From: Squalus acanthias
Lineage: Eukaryota
DNA length: 64,000 nt
NCBI GenBank assembly: GCA_030390025.1
Contig: CM059431.1
Span: 141,548,001 to 141,612,000 of the forward strand
Reading direction: 5' to 3'
Below are positions 63,408-64,000 of the stretch, piece by piece. Every line of letters begins with the position of its first letter. Position 1 is the stretch's first letter. The translations under genes were made by a program, and so were the position numbers. Under the pieces are notes generated by a model, which saw only the letters and a program-made list of their open reading frames with translations, had not been told where the DNA came from and did no database searches.

Positions 63408-64000
63408 TCAACAACATCCTGCCTATACATCGCGCCTTTAACGTAGTAAAATGGTCCAAGGCGCTTCACAGGAGCGAGTATCAAACAAAATTTGATACGG
63501 AGTCACATAAGCAGATATTAGGAGAGGGGCCCAAAAGGTTGGTCAAAGAGGTAGATTTTAAGCAGCGCCTTAGCGGAGGAGAGAGAGAGCCTTACAGGTA
63601 AAGGATATGTTATCAGGGTTTAGCGCTTTTGCAGCTGAAGGGACGGCCGCCAATGGTGGAGTGATAAAAAACGGGGTGCACACGAGGACAGAATTGTAGG
63701 AGCTAAATATCTCGGAGTGCTGTAGGGACTGGAGCAGATTACAGAGATAGAGAGGGCGTGGCTATGGAGGGATTTGAAATCATGGATGAGAATTTTGAAA
63801 TCGAGGCATTGCCAGACCGTGAGTCAATTTAATTAAGTTTGTTCAGGGGGTGATGTGTGAACGGGAATTGGTGTGAGTTGGAATGCAGGAGGCGGAAGAT
63901 TGGATTAGCAGAAGTTTACGGGGGTCCAAGGTGGAGGGCCAGCCAGGAGAGCATTGGAATAGTCCAGACTGAGGTAACAAAAGCAAGGCTGAGTGTTTCA
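63408..64000 (-). mobile_element. L2 LINE 3' end
   Basis: The minus strand reads AFVTS...LDYSNALLAG near 63940-63985 (with an indel) and ends in an L2-type tail (GTGAAGCGCCTTGG...AAAGGCGC). Confidence 0.75.

Overview
Eukaryotic, repeat-dense vertebrate DNA, almost certainly from an elasmobranch (shark or ray): it carries an HE1-type V-SINE, a DeuSINE/SacSINE1-like SINE, many CR1 LINEs and shark-type tandem repeats. Most of the window is transposon debris (CR1, L2, Penelope-like, Harbinger) and minisatellites. Host genes: (1) a giant-exon interferon-inducible very large GTPase (GVIN1/VLIG/URGCP family, 4878-9868, +), split by a single -1 frameshift at an A-run; (2) an intact two-exon GPR139-like class A GPCR (41111-42514, +); (3) its inverted paralogue (55151-56567, -), with a nonsense codon and a homopolymer frameshift. 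The two GPCR loci are arms of an inverted duplication that includes the promoter, the intron and an upstream 48-49 bp minisatellite repeatedly hit by CR1. Other notable items: an internally deleted Harbinger transposon in a site resembling the Harbinger3_DR 15-bp target; a decayed tandem array (21-30.5 kb) whose units share minus-strand promoter motifs and splice sites, possibly an unrecognised three-exon gene family; Penelope-type inserts with hammerhead-ribozyme remnants; and an orphan ZNF143-motif promoter. All calls are by eye, with no database searches, and repeat boundaries are approximate.
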